Positions 1-8,387 of a stretch of 38,744 bases of DNA are shown one piece after another. The notes under the pieces were generated by a model. It did no database searches, was not told the origin of the DNA, and worked only from the letters and a program-made list of their open reading frames with translations. Numbering within the stretch: position 1 is the stretch's first letter; each line of letters begins with the position of its first letter. A program made the translations under genes and the position numbers. The stretch comes from a virus (lineage: Duplodnaviria > Heunggongvirae > Uroviricota > Caudoviricetes): IMG/VR virus record IMGVR_UViG_2703719354_000025; one strand, 5' to 3'.

Positions 1-1254
1 ATGCTGGAACAAATGGGCATTGCCGCGAAGCAAGCCTCGTATAAATTAGCGCAACTCTCCAGCCGCGAAAAAAATCGCGTGCTGGAAAAAATCGCCGATG
101 AACTGGAAGCACAAAGCGAAATCATCCTCAACGCTAACGCCCAGGATGTTGCTGACGCGCGTGCCAATGGCCTTGGCGAAGCGATGCTTGACCGTCTGGC
201 ACTGACGCCCGCACGGCTGAAAGGCATTGCCGATGATGTGCGCCAGGTGTGTAACCTCGCCGATCCGGTGGGGCAGGTAATCGATGGCAGCGTACTGGAC
301 AGCGGCCTGCGTCTTGAGCGTCGTCGCGTACCGCTGGGGGTTATTGGCGTGATTTATGAAGCGCGCCCGAACGTGACGGTTGATGTCGCTTCGCTGTGCC
401 TGAAAACCGGTAATGCGGTGATCCTGCGCGGTGGCAAAGAAACGTGTCGCACTAACGCTGCAACGGTGGCGGTGATTCAGGACGCCCTGAAATCCTGCGG
501 CTTACCGGCGGGTGCCGTGCAGGCGATTGATAATCCTGACCGTGCGCTGGTCAGTGAAATGCTGCGTATGGATAAATACATCGACATGCTGATCCCGCGT
601 GGTGGCGCTGGTTTGCATAAACTGTGCCGTGAACAGTCGACAATCCCGGTGATCACAGGTGGTATAGGCGTATGCCATATTTACGTTGATGAAAGTGTAG
701 AGATCGCTGAAGCATTAAAAGTGATCGTCAACGCGAAAACTCAGCGTCCGAGCACATGTAATACGGTTGAAACGTTGCTGGTGAATAAAAACATCGCCGA
801 TAGCTTCCTGCCCGCATTAAGCAAACAAATGGCGGAAAGCGGCGTGACATTACACGCAGATGCAGCTGCACTGGCGCAGTTGCAGGCAGGCCCTGCGAAG
901 GTGGTTGCTGTTAAAGCCGAAGAGTATGACGATGAGTTTCTGTCATTAGATTTGAACGTCAAAATCGTCAGCGATCTTGACGATGCCATCGCCCATATTC
1001 GTGAACACGGCACACAACACTCCGATGCGATCCTGACCCGCGATATGCGCAACGCCCAGCGTTTTGTTAACGAAGTGGATTCGTCCGCTGTTTACGTTAA
1101 CGCCTCTACGCGTTTTACCGACGGCGGCCAGTTTGGTCTGGGTGCGGAAGTGGCGGTAAGCACACAAAAACTCCACGCGCGTGGCCCAATGGGGCTGGAA
1201 GCACTGACCACTTACAAGTGGATCGGCATTGGTGATTACACCATTCGTGCGTAA
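1..1254 (+). CDS. proA: gamma-glutamyl phosphate reductase (complete, 417 aa)
   Basis: Full-length ORF from ATG at 1 to TAA at 1252-1254; translation recognised from memory as E. coli ProA (aldehyde dehydrogenase fold). Sits immediately upstream of thrW as in the E. coli chromosome. Confidence 0.96.
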   Translation: MLEQMGIAAKQASYKLAQLSSREKNRVLEKIADELEAQSEIILNANAQDVADARANGLGEAMLDRLALTPARLKGIADDVRQVCNLADPVGQVIDGSVLDSGLRLERRRVPLGVIGVIYEARPNVTVDVASLCLKTGNAVILRGGKETCRTNAATVAVIQDALKSCGLPAGAVQAIDNPDRALVSEMLRMDKYIDMLIPRGGAGLHKLCREQSTIPVITGGIGVCHIYVDESVEIAEALKVIVNAKTQRPSTCNTVETLLVNKNIADSFLPALSKQMAESGVTLHADAAALAQLQAGPAKVVAVKAEEYDDEFLSLDLNVKIVSDLDDAIAHIREHGTQHSDAILTRDMRNAQRFVNEVDSSAVYVNASTRFTDGGQFGLGAEVAVSTQKLHARGPMGLEALTTYKWIGIGDYTIRA

Positions 1255-1368
1255 ATAAAACCGGGTGATGCAAAAGTAGCCATTTGATTCACAAGGCCAT
1301 TGACGCATCGCCCGGTTAGTTTTAACCTTGTCCACCGTGATTCACGTTCGTGAACATGTCCTTTCAGG

Positions 1369-1444
1369 GCCGATATAGCTCAGTTGGTAGAGCAGCGCAT
1401 TCGTAATGCGAAGGTCGTAGGTTCGACTCCTATTATCGGCACCA
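1369..1444 (+). tRNA. thrW: tRNA-Thr (anticodon CGT)
   Basis: 76-nt sequence GCCGATATAGCTCAGTTGGTAGAGCAGCGCATTCGTAATGCGAAGGTCGTAGGTTCGACTCCTATTATCGGCACCA with acceptor stem, D-loop, anticodon loop CATTCGTAATG (anticodon CGU), T-arm GGTTCGACTCC and 3' ACCA. Confidence 0.95.
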
Positions 1445-1446
1445 TT
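1399..1446. repeat. attL core: 48-bp direct repeat covering the 3' part of thrW
   Basis: ATTCGTAATGCGAAGGTCGTAGGTTCGACTCCTATTATCGGCACCATT is identical at 1399-1446 and 38466-38513; flanking bases differ (c/a before, t/a after). Confidence 0.9.
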
Positions 1447-1458
1447 TAAATCAATAAG

Positions 1459-2622
1459 TTACACATCATTAGTACCTTCCTTATTTTTTGACTGGGACAA
1501 ATTTGGGACCGATGGGTTCAGGATCGAGTCTATTTGCCGTGCGTGTTCGGTAAGGTGATTAGGTGCAAGGTGAGCATATCGACGAACCATTTCGATAGAC
1601 TCCCAGCCTCCCATTTCCTGTAACACTGACAACGGGACTCCGGCTTGAACCAGCCAACTTGCCCAGGTGTGTCTCAAGTCGTGAAATCTGAAATCATCAA
1701 TATCAGCCCGTCTCAGCGCCGCTTTCCAGGCTGTGTTTGCGTCATACCGCATCTTCCTTACTGTTGGCGCTTTCGTTCCGTCTGGTTTGGTACAGCTTTC
1801 CTTGTACACAAATACCCAACGGTGATGATTCCCGATTTGTTTTTTCAATACGCGACATGCAGTATCATTCAGCGCAACGCCAATTGCGCGGTTTGATTTA
1901 CTCTCTTCCGGGTTTATCCATGCCACCCGGCGCTGCATATCTATTTGTTGCCATTCAAGGTTGATGATGTTCGAGCGCCTTAAACCTGTTGCCAGTGCAA
2001 ATTCAACAACAGACTTTAATGGCTCCGGACATTCATCAATCAGCCTTTGTGCTTCATGGGGCTCCAGCCAGCGGATCCGTTTATTCTTTGGTTGAGGCAC
2101 TTTAATAATTGGTGCCTTATCCAGCATTTTCCATTCACGCTCTGCGGCTCTTAGTAGGGCCTTTATAAATGAAAGATGCGTAGCCTTCGTTGCAACGGAC
2201 GCTGGTTTTGGCGTGTATTCTGGAACAGGTTTCCCTTTTTTTCTGCATGCTTCTGCCCTGAGTCTCCAGTTTTCCTCATGACGCCGGTTCGTCATTTTCT
2301 GCATTGCTGAATAAATTTTTGATTCAGTAATGTCTCTTAGTTGCATTCCTGCGAAATGTTGAAGCCAGAATCCGATCCGGCTTTTGTCATCGTCCAGTGA
2401 TTTTTTATGTGCTTTCTCTTCAAGCCACCTGACACACGCTTCCTCGAACGTTATATCAGGTATTTCACCAAGTTTGCTGACCCGCCATGCTTCAGCCTTT
2501 AGCTTGTCATGGAGTTCTGTCGCCTGCCTTTTGTCCTTTGTTCCAAGAGACTGTTTAAATCTTTTACCGTTCGGCAATGTGAAACTGGCGTACCATATTT
2601 CACCTCTGCGGAAGAGTGACAT
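1459..2622 (-). CDS. int: tyrosine recombinase / phage integrase (387 aa)
   Basis: Translation recognised from memory as very close to the DLP12-type integrase IntD ([52 protein letters not shown]... C-terminal [17 protein letters not shown]...RRYAHLAP catalytic region). 3' end lies 13 bp from the attL core. Confidence 0.95.
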   Translation of the reverse strand: MSLFRRGEIWYASFTLPNGKRFKQSLGTKDKRQATELHDKLKAEAWRVSKLGEIPDITFEEACVRWLEEKAHKKSLDDDKSRIGFWLQHFAGMQLRDITESKIYSAMQKMTNRRHEENWRLRAEACRKKGKPVPEYTPKPASVATKATHLSFIKALLRAAEREWKMLDKAPIIKVPQPKNKRIRWLEPHEAQRLIDECPEPLKSVVEFALATGLRRSNIINLEWQQIDMQRRVAWINPEESKSNRAIGVALNDTACRVLKKQIGNHHRWVFVYKESCTKPDGTKAPTVRKMRYDANTAWKAALRRADIDDFRFHDLRHTWASWLVQAGVPLSVLQEMGGWESIEMVRRYAHLAPNHLTEHARQIDSILNPSVPNLSQSKNKEGTNDV

Positions 2623-2849
2623 TTTCTTTCCTCTGTTATGCCATCACCCGCGCTCACCTGGACAGTATGCAGCGGAGACTGAAGAGCCGCAATGCAGGCT
2701 TGTCGTGTTGTGAGGTAAGGAGATTTATTCTTAGTGGGATCTTTGCGTGTTGCCTGAAGACGCCCTGTGCGTATCCAGTTAATGGCAGTCGGTCTGGATA
2801 TCTTGAGAAAATGACAGGCCTCATCGAGTGTGAGGCTGTATGGCTCCAT
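2499..2849 (-). CDS. xis: putative excisionase (AlpA/Xis-like HTH), overlaps int 5' end
   Basis: Internal ATG at 2849 gives [37 protein letters not shown]..., a typical Xis/AlpA DNA-binding N-terminus. Its start overlaps the TAA of the upstream gene (TAATG). The ORF runs 124 nt into int in another frame, so the true 3' end is uncertain. Confidence 0.6.
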   Translation of the reverse strand: MEPYSLTLDEACHFLKISRPTAINWIRTGRLQATRKDPTKNKSPYLTTRQACIAALQSPLHTVQVSAGDGITEERKCHSSAEVKYGTPVSHCRTVKDLNSLLEQRTKGRRQNSMTS

Positions 2850-3154
2850 TATTTCACCTCTTGCTGTGACATTGTTGAAAAATGGATACCAGCTCGTTGC
2901 TGCCAGACGATCCAACCGAGAGTCATATCCCATGCCATGTATTCGTTATCGCCGTTTTTTGCTCTCCGACGATCTACTAAGTCACCGAAACGCTTTTCCA
3001 TGAATAATTCATAAGCTTCGCGTTCATCTGGTTCTACTTCCAGAGATAGGAGTGCGATTTCATAAGCACGGCGCTCAATATCGTCTCGCACGTCAAGGCT
3101 GTTGATACGCTCTTTAATTTCTTTAATCAGTTCTTTGTCGGTAAAAGTGGTCAT
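2849..3154 (-). CDS. hypothetical phage protein (101 aa)
   Basis: ORF in the leftward early operon, translationally coupled to xis; no family recognised. Confidence 0.5.
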   Translation of the reverse strand: MTTFTDKELIKEIKERINSLDVRDDIERRAYEIALLSLEVEPDEREAYELFMEKRFGDLVDRRRAKNGDNEYMAWDMTLGWIVWQQRAGIHFSTMSQQEVK

Positions 3155-3516
3155 TATGCTCCAGCCTCCGGTGCTTTTGGCATTACTGCCCAGTGAGTGA
3201 TATTGACGTTTTCAAGGTCCCCGACCTGAAATGTCCACTGCCATTCTCCGGTTTCTTTTTGTCCCCAGGTGTACCAGAGAGAACGCCAGCCAATTAGCCA
3301 GCCTTCTCCGTTAGCATCGAATAACAAAACACTTTCATTTGCTGGTGGCAGTTCAGTTGACACTGGTATTACTTTGTTTTCCTGTGCTGCACATTTAGCT
3401 TCAAGCGCATCGAATTTACGCACCAGGTATTCAGCATCTGTTTCATTTACTTTCAGATCTCGCGGTACACATCTCCCACGAAGAAACCCTTCCATTTCGA
3501 AAACATTCATGCGCAT
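3154..3516 (-). CDS. hypothetical phage protein, Trp-rich C-terminus (DUF551-like?)
   Basis: ORF in the leftward operon; the second ATG at 3510 overlaps the stop of the upstream HD gene (ATGA coupling), so the start may be 3510. Confidence 0.55.
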   Translation of the reverse strand: MRMNVFEMEGFLRGRCVPRDLKVNETDAEYLVRKFDALEAKCAAQENKVIPVSTELPPANESVLLFDANGEGWLIGWRSLWYTWGQKETGEWQWTFQVGDLENVNITHWAVMPKAPEAGA

Positions 3517-4043
3517 TTGCGTAACTCCGATAACTCGTTAAAGCGTTCCATAAACATCCCGTAGGCATGGCCCGGTGCCAGTGGAATCACGTTGAACATC
3601 TCTGTTGCCGGGATACCTTCCAGTACAGGCCAGAAAGAGCCATCATCAAGCCCGAGATCGCGGCGTTCGGTTGCCAGCATGATGAGATCGGCATATTTCA
3701 CGGGCGTACTCATAACTGGGGGTAACCCGTATTTCTCACGGATTACGGCGTCTATTTTTTCTTCCATTTGTTTATAGTCAGGAAGAAGGCGTTTCAGTGG
3801 TGCGGGAATGTCCTGGCAATACGCTTCTGTTGCATCATGCATTAACGCTTCAAAAGCAAATTCCTGCGGCACCAGCTGGCTGCAAAGAACCGCATGTTGG
3901 GCGACGCTGTAGAAGTGCGAAAGATGACCGGCAAAGCGACAGATATTTGAAAGGGAAACCGCGATATCGTTAATATCGATGTCGTCTTTATTTATCCTGT
4001 CATAATAAAAATGCTTCCCGGAAAAAGTTTTAATAAATGACAT
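3507..4043 (-). CDS. HD-domain phosphohydrolase (YfbR-like 5'-deoxynucleotidase family)
   Basis: Translation contains an H...HD metal-binding pattern (FAGHLSH, MHDATEAYCQDIPAPLK). Start set at the ATG at 4043 (MSFIKTF...), which has a GGAG 8 nt upstream; the ORF-track start at 4070 is GTG. Confidence 0.7.
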   Translation of the reverse strand: MSFIKTFSGKHFYYDRINKDDIDINDIAVSLSNICRFAGHLSHFYSVAQHAVLCSQLVPQEFAFEALMHDATEAYCQDIPAPLKRLLPDYKQMEEKIDAVIREKYGLPPVMSTPVKYADLIMLATERRDLGLDDGSFWPVLEGIPATEMFNVIPLAPGHAYGMFMERFNELSELRKCA

Positions 4044-4170
4044 TTTGTTCTCCACGTATATGCGCTGCACCGCGCTGAATTCTGGTAAAAAGAATCCCTC
4101 ACCATCCGGCGATTATTGAGTAAATTACGTTTCCATAAATGCCCCCGCAGGGGCATTTGCAGTAATGAAA

Positions 4171-4995
4171 TCAGGCGGTGAAAGTACCAATAAAGGTTTC
4201 TACTTTGCTGTCCTTGAATTTCTCAACAAGCAGATCACGAAATTCGTTAGCCATTTCTTCCTGCACCGCCTCCAGCTGAATAATGCGCAGAACCAGTACA
4301 GGACGATCGCCAGTGATAATACTGAGGCGTAATTTAAACGGACGTTCTTTCAGACCTTCAAACGGAACGCATTTAAATTCAAATGCCACTGGCATAATGT
4401 CTTTGGTCTTCGCTTCGACAGACTCCATCAGGGAGCGTTTGCCGCTGAAGTCATTATCTTCAAAATCAGCGGTCTGGTTTGCTTCAATCGTGATTTTACG
4501 GACAGCCGCAGCCGCTTTTGTTGCCTGAATAGCGTCACCATTAGCATCAAAGCCCACAAGATAGTCTGCCCAGTCTTCAATCCATTCTGCTAGTGACTTC
4601 TGGGAGTTACGCTCGCCGTTAATAGACAACAGAGCAGAGAACGGTGCTGTCTTTTTCAGTTTGAGTGTGGCGGTGTTATCTGCGTGACCTGGTTCATCAA
4701 TAGTACCCAGGTTAAGCACACTGACGGCTCGCATATTATCGGCATCGATAAAGCAGCGGGTGCCTTCATCTGCAAGATCTTTAGAATAACGGGTAAAGTC
4801 ATCGATGCTGGCAGTGGAAAGCGCACCACGGAAACGGAAGCGATTTAAATTAAATTTTTCCAGATCATGAATGCGGAAATTCTCAGGCAATGCCACAGCA
4901 TCGGCACCAATCTTACTGATAATTTCATTAACACCCTGAGCAGAAATAAGGGCATGGATTTGATTAATTGCGGTTGCGTCTAAGTTCTGAGACAT
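4171..4995 (-). CDS. conserved prophage protein, YfdQ-like (DUF2303), 274 aa
   Basis: Translation [20 protein letters not shown]... recognised from memory as YfdQ-family; GAGGA RBS 8 nt upstream of the ATG. Confidence 0.7.
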   Translation of the reverse strand: MSQNLDATAINQIHALISAQGVNEIISKIGADAVALPENFRIHDLEKFNLNRFRFRGALSTASIDDFTRYSKDLADEGTRCFIDADNMRAVSVLNLGTIDEPGHADNTATLKLKKTAPFSALLSINGERNSQKSLAEWIEDWADYLVGFDANGDAIQATKAAAAVRKITIEANQTADFEDNDFSGKRSLMESVEAKTKDIMPVAFEFKCVPFEGLKERPFKLRLSIITGDRPVLVLRIIQLEAVQEEMANEFRDLLVEKFKDSKVETFIGTFTA

Positions 4996-5060
4996 AATAA
5001 GTCCTCACTATATAAAGATATTCAGTGATGAGATAAATAATCGGTTAATTAAGAACGATA

Positions 5061-5423
5061 TTAATGACCTGCTGCGCGGAGTTTTCCGTCAGGTTCACCG
5101 GCAAGAGTCAGTAATTGTCCCTGGTCTTCCTGCAGAATAGTCAGGCGACCACCGCGATTGACATACATCGGCGTTTCGGTGGTGTCTTCTTCGGAAATTT
5201 TCCCGCGGTTAGTCGGGCGAACATATGAGAGTTTGTGTTTGATTTTCACACGGTTCTCATCAAATGGTTCGATTTCCAGGTTGAGTGAGACCTTACCTTT
5301 GGTTTTCGTGTTCATCACACCGGAAGCGACTTCACTGAGAACTGCGCCGATTTTGGTTTCAAATACGCCGCCGTCCAGCTCCCCAATAAATGCCTGCACA
5401 TCAGTACTGCGTTCGCTAGCCAT
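5061..5423 (-). CDS. hypothetical phage protein (120 aa)
   Basis: Start set at the internal ATG at 5423 (MASERSTDVQAF...), preceded by AGGAG. The longer ORF-track version (to 5741) runs through a hairpin and non-coding-looking sequence. Confidence 0.7.
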   Translation of the reverse strand: MASERSTDVQAFIGELDGGVFETKIGAVLSEVASGVMNTKTKGKVSLNLEIEPFDENRVKIKHKLSYVRPTNRGKISEEDTTETPMYVNRGGRLTILQEDQGQLLTLAGEPDGKLRAAGH

Positions 5424-5473
5424 TTTTCTGCTCCTAATCATATCGACCCTGCAAGGTCGGTTGGTTTCTCCAC

Positions 5474-5558
5474 AAAACAGAGAAGAACACCTGCGGTGGC
5501 AGCCGCCCGGATGGATTGGGTTATGAGCCCGTCGTCCGGTGATGTTCTTCTCTGTTTT
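5474..5558. repeat. 16-bp perfect inverted repeat (long-loop hairpin) in the 5' UTR of the leftward operon
   Basis: AAAACAGAGAAGAACA at 5474-5489 and its exact reverse complement TGTTCTTCTCTGTTTT at 5543-5558, separated by 53 nt of GC-rich loop. Confidence 0.6.
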
Positions 5559-5861
5559 GTAAAAAGAGCGGTACCAGCCGGAAGCAAGTGTACAAACTGG
5601 TACCGCGAGGACTACACACAGCATAAAGTTGTGGTGCCGGGTGCCTCCCGGTGCCTGGCGAAAGTTGCACACCAGGCGGGTGGGTATCCACAGAAGGTCG
5701 ACTGTCAGCCTCAACCTTAACCCGCGTGCGCTGAGCCGCATTCACCACAACGCTAAGGATTCTCTCTGGTTGAAAATACTTAGCTGTTATGTGCCTGTCT
5801 TTTCACCACTTCAGGCTCGGTGGTATCTTGGTGTTTTCATATAGCCAAGAAGGAAATAGTT

Positions 5862-6053
5862 ATGACCAAAGAAGAAAAAATTCTTTATTTATTCCAACTA
5901 TCGGTTAAGACTCACACTGCATATCAGACTGCTGCCATGACATCAGATAAAAATTACAGTACGTCAGAAAACCCGATAGACGACATAAGCAAGCTTTACG
6001 ATAAGTTCGAAGCACTACTCGATAAAAAGTTTGCTGAGGCTGGGCTTGAGTGA
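5862..6053 (+). CDS. small AT-rich hypothetical protein (63 aa), rightward-transcribed inside the leftward early region
   Basis: ATG at 5862 with RBS AAGGAAA 6 nt upstream; plausible upstream promoter (TTCACC ... TGgTATCTT). Acidic, Lys-rich translation MTKEEKILYLFQLSVKTHTAYQ... Confidence 0.45.
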   Translation: MTKEEKILYLFQLSVKTHTAYQTAAMTSDKNYSTSENPIDDISKLYDKFEALLDKKFAEAGLE

Positions 6054-6221
6054 TTGTTGAATAATCGACAAAACCCAACTTAAATTTTCGTCAGTGGGCT
6101 CGATGCCATGTGCGGTGAGCTCACTTTTCAAAACTCCAAGCAATTCAGAGCTGATTTTCAATATATCTGCTTGATTTCTAACTATTCCCACTTTTTCCTC
6201 CCTTGGTCTACGCGCGGTCAT
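6015..6221 (-). CDS. hypothetical protein (68 aa), first ORF downstream of the PL-like promoter
   Basis: ORF about 170 nt downstream of the leftward promoter; weak RBS; overlaps the 3' end of the convergent 5862-6053 ORF by 39 nt. Confidence 0.35.
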   Translation of the reverse strand: MTARRPREEKVGIVRNQADILKISSELLGVLKSELTAHGIEPTDENLSWVLSIIQQSLKPSLSKLFIE

Positions 6222-6396
6222 GTTTTACGCCCAAACGACTTCACAGTTATTGTTTAAAATCTGGACTTTCATTTCATACACCTGCTTTAACATGAGTGCC
6301 TAGTGGCACAACATGACTCAACGAATCATCCTGGACTTCATATGCCCCAGGCGGCTACTTCGTGGGCGTCCTGCCTGTTCGTTGTTTCGCTTGGGT

Positions 6397-6426
6397 ACAT
6401 TATGTATCTCAAAGGTACATTGTCAA
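6397..6426 (-). promoter_or_regulatory. PL-like leftward early promoter with GTAC-type operator half-sites
   Basis: On the minus strand: -35 TTGACA (plus 6421-6426), 17-bp spacer, -10 CATAAT (plus 6398-6403). GGTACATT-type half-sites at 6393-6415 overlap the promoter. Confidence 0.5.
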
Positions 6427-6430
6427 GTAT

Positions 6431-6453
6431 AAAAAAACCTGCCGAAGCAGGTT
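6431..6453 (-). terminator. rho-independent terminator downstream of cI
   Basis: Minus-strand reading AACCTGC-TTCG-GCAGGTT followed by TTTTTTTA, directly 3' of the cI stop at 6466. Confidence 0.6.
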
Positions 6454-6465
6454 CATAAACATTGA

Positions 6466-7140
6466 TTAGGCTTTGATTTTGTATCTTCTTGGTTTTCCTG
6501 AGAAAATCACTGTACCAATTATAGAGCAATTACCGTTGATCTTAATGTAAGGCTCAGGCCAGTTTGGGTTTAACGCTTTGAGATAACGCTGTGTCCCATC
6601 TTCTATCAACCTTTTGAAGGTGGTTTCACCTGTATCGTGCATCAATGCAATAACGTCGTCACCGTGGCAGGCAGGTACTTCAGGATCGACAAAAATCATG
6701 TCTCCCGGGCGGTACTCATCAATCATTGAATCACCTATCACCCGCAAGATATAAGTCATTTCCCCACAGGGTACAGGGCAGGGATACGTTTCTGCTGTGC
6801 TCAAATCAACCTCAGAATATCCAACTTCTTTCCATGCTCCGGCCTGTACCCATGATATGACAGGGACTAATGTGATTTGTTTATTAGTGATTGAAACATC
6901 AGGTTTTTTTGTGATGTTCGTTGTCTGGTGTTCTTGATCGAGCCATCCGACAGGCAGGTCGAAACATTTTTCGATGTGTCGTGCCATGCTGTCACCGATA
7001 TTTTTAGTAGCACCATCTCCCATAAACCTGCTGGTCTGGGTTGGCTCGCGATCAATCATAGTGGCAAAGGAAGAATTCCCGCCAACACCATCTCTCAGTT
7101 TTCTGGCGTTAGACCGCCGGATGTCATGGATTGTTTTCAT
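6466..7140 (-). CDS. cI: CI-like repressor (N-terminal HTH, C-terminal S24 LexA-like peptidase domain)
   Basis: 224 aa. The C-terminal region (...RVIGDSMIDEYRPGDMIFVDPEVPACHGDDVIALMHDTGETTFKRLIEDGTQRYLKALNPNWPEPYIKINGNCSIIGTVIFSG) has the Ser/Lys autocleavage-domain pattern; divergent from the cro-like gene with operators in between. Confidence 0.9.
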   Translation of the reverse strand: MKTIHDIRRSNARKLRDGVGGNSSFATMIDREPTQTSRFMGDGATKNIGDSMARHIEKCFDLPVGWLDQEHQTTNITKKPDVSITNKQITLVPVISWVQAGAWKEVGYSEVDLSTAETYPCPVPCGEMTYILRVIGDSMIDEYRPGDMIFVDPEVPACHGDDVIALMHDTGETTFKRLIEDGTQRYLKALNPNWPEPYIKINGNCSIIGTVIFSGKPRRYKIKA

Positions 7141-7155
7141 AACGAAATTAAAACC

Positions 7156-7227
7156 CTTGTACCGTTAAGGTACAAGTATCTTGAAGGTTCATTTCAATCA
7201 TGTAATATGTACACCGGAGGTACATAT
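7156..7227. promoter_or_regulatory. OR-like operator/promoter region (PR rightward, PRM leftward)
   Basis: Two palindromes with GTAC half-sites: CTTGTACC-GTTAA-GGTACAAG (7156-7176) and ATATGTAC-ACCGGAG-GTACATAT (7205-7227). PR candidate: -35 TTGAAG (7181-7186), 16-bp spacer, -10 TAATAT (7203-7208). PRM candidate on minus strand: TTGTAC/TTTAAT, giving a near-leaderless cI mRNA. Confidence 0.6.
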
Positions 7228-7230
7228 TGT

Positions 7231-7431
7231 ATGAAAGCGTATTGGGACTCTTTAACCAAAGAACAGCAGGGCGAGTTGGCCGGAAAAGTTGGCTCAACAC
7301 CTGGCTACTTACGGCTGGTTTTCAATGGCTATAAAAAAGCCAGTTTTGTGCTGGCTAAAAAACTTGAGCAATGCACGTCAGGTGCAATTACGAAATCTGA
7401 CTTAAGACCGGATATCTATCCGAAAGATTAG
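7231..7431 (+). CDS. cro: Cro-like regulator (YdaS family HTH), 66 aa
   Basis: ATG at 7231 with GGAGG 10 nt upstream; translation MKAYWDSLTKEQQGELAGKVGSTPGYLRL...ITKSDLRPDIY matches the YdaS/Cro-type pattern from memory. The ORF-track 5' extension (from 6928) is antisense to cI and rejected. Confidence 0.75.
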   Translation: MKAYWDSLTKEQQGELAGKVGSTPGYLRLVFNGYKKASFVLAKKLEQCTSGAITKSDLRPDIYPKD

Positions 7432-7462
7432 CAGAACACTTTCAATTTTTAACCACAGAACG

Positions 7463-8032
7463 ATGAGGCTAATTGTGGGTAAGCATCACTGGAAAATAGA
7501 AAAACAGCCTGAGTGGTACGTGAAAGCTGTCAGAAAAACTATCGCTGCGTTGCCGGGTGGTTACGCTGAAGCGGCTGACTGGCTCGATGTAACAGAAAAC
7601 GCTTTATTCAACCGCCTTCGTGCAGATGGCGATCAGATTTTCCCGCTGGGATGGGCAATGGTTTTACAGCGTGCTGGTGGCACTCACTTCATTGCTGATG
7701 CTGTGGCGCAGTCTGCAAATGGCGTCTTTGTGTCTCTTCCTGACGTCGAGGATGTGGACAACGCCGATATTAACCAGCGTCTGCTGGAAGTCATTGAACA
7801 GATCGGCAGTTATTCAAAACAGATTCGTTCAGCAATCGAAGACGGTGTAGTGGAACCGCATGAGAAGACAGCAATTAACGACGAGCTGTATCTCTCAATT
7901 TCGAAGCTGCAGGAGCATGCAGCACTTGTCTACAAAATTTTTTGCATTTCAGAAAGTAATGACGCCCGCGAGTGTGCAGCTCCGGGCGTCGTGGCGTCGA
8001 TTGCTTCTGGTTGTGGAGAAACTAACGCATGA
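7463..8032 (+). CDS. putative CII-like early regulator (YdaT/CP76-type) - tentative
   Basis: 189-aa ORF immediately after cro in the position of cII-type genes; family assignment from memory only. Confidence 0.45.
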   Translation: MRLIVGKHHWKIEKQPEWYVKAVRKTIAALPGGYAEAADWLDVTENALFNRLRADGDQIFPLGWAMVLQRAGGTHFIADAVAQSANGVFVSLPDVEDVDNADINQRLLEVIEQIGSYSKQIRSAIEDGVVEPHEKTAINDELYLSISKLQEHAALVYKIFCISESNDARECAAPGVVASIASGCGETNA

Positions 8033-8387
8033 ACAGTTTAACAACACACTACCGTCGCTCGCAACTGATTGCGCTTCCTGTTCCGGGTGGAAAAGCGAAG
8101 GTGGAATATTGCTATGCAGTGAATGTACCAGGTGACAGGGAAATTGTAACCCACAGCTTTGCAGAGTGGGCTGTGGGTGATTTCAACCGGCAGAAGGAGA
8201 CAGTCCTTTGCGACAAGTTAACCGCTGGTTCAAAGATCACTACGGAGTGCCCGTCAGAGTCATTCGTTGGGAGCCGGAAACACAACGTGTTATCTACCTC
8301 CGCGAAGGCTATGAGCATGAGTGCTTCAGCCCGCTCGAACAGTTTCGTCGTAAATTCAGGGAAATAGAGGTCGGTCATGAGCACTAA
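8029..8387 (+). pseudogene. frameshifted small phage gene (two overlapping frames, each reading like genuine protein)
   Basis: Frame A (8029-8367) reads naturally to ...[14 protein letters not shown] and then turns low-complexity. Frame B opens after the stop at 8178-8180 with no start codon and reads ...[56 protein letters not shown], ending at 8387. A 1-nt indel near 8181-8220 would join them. Confidence 0.45.

Noticed and set aside
741-1335. Minus-strand ORFs (103 aa and 129 aa) inside and overlapping proA
   Set aside because: Antisense to a confidently identified, full-length housekeeping gene; translations are low-complexity.
1341-1354. Palindrome TTCACG-TT-CGTGAA just upstream of thrW
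   Set aside because: Short and in host DNA upstream of a tRNA promoter region; cannot be distinguished from a chance palindrome or ordinary promoter-proximal element without comparison data.
5424-5741. N-terminal extension of the 226-aa minus-strand ORF
   Set aside because: The extension runs through the 16-bp inverted repeat and has an implausible translation; the internal ATG at 5423 has a strong AGGAG RBS.
6928-7230. Long 167-aa plus-strand ORF extending the cro-like gene upstream
   Set aside because: The 5' 100 codons are antisense to cI and run through the operator region; the real gene starts at the ATG at 7231 with a GGAGG RBS.
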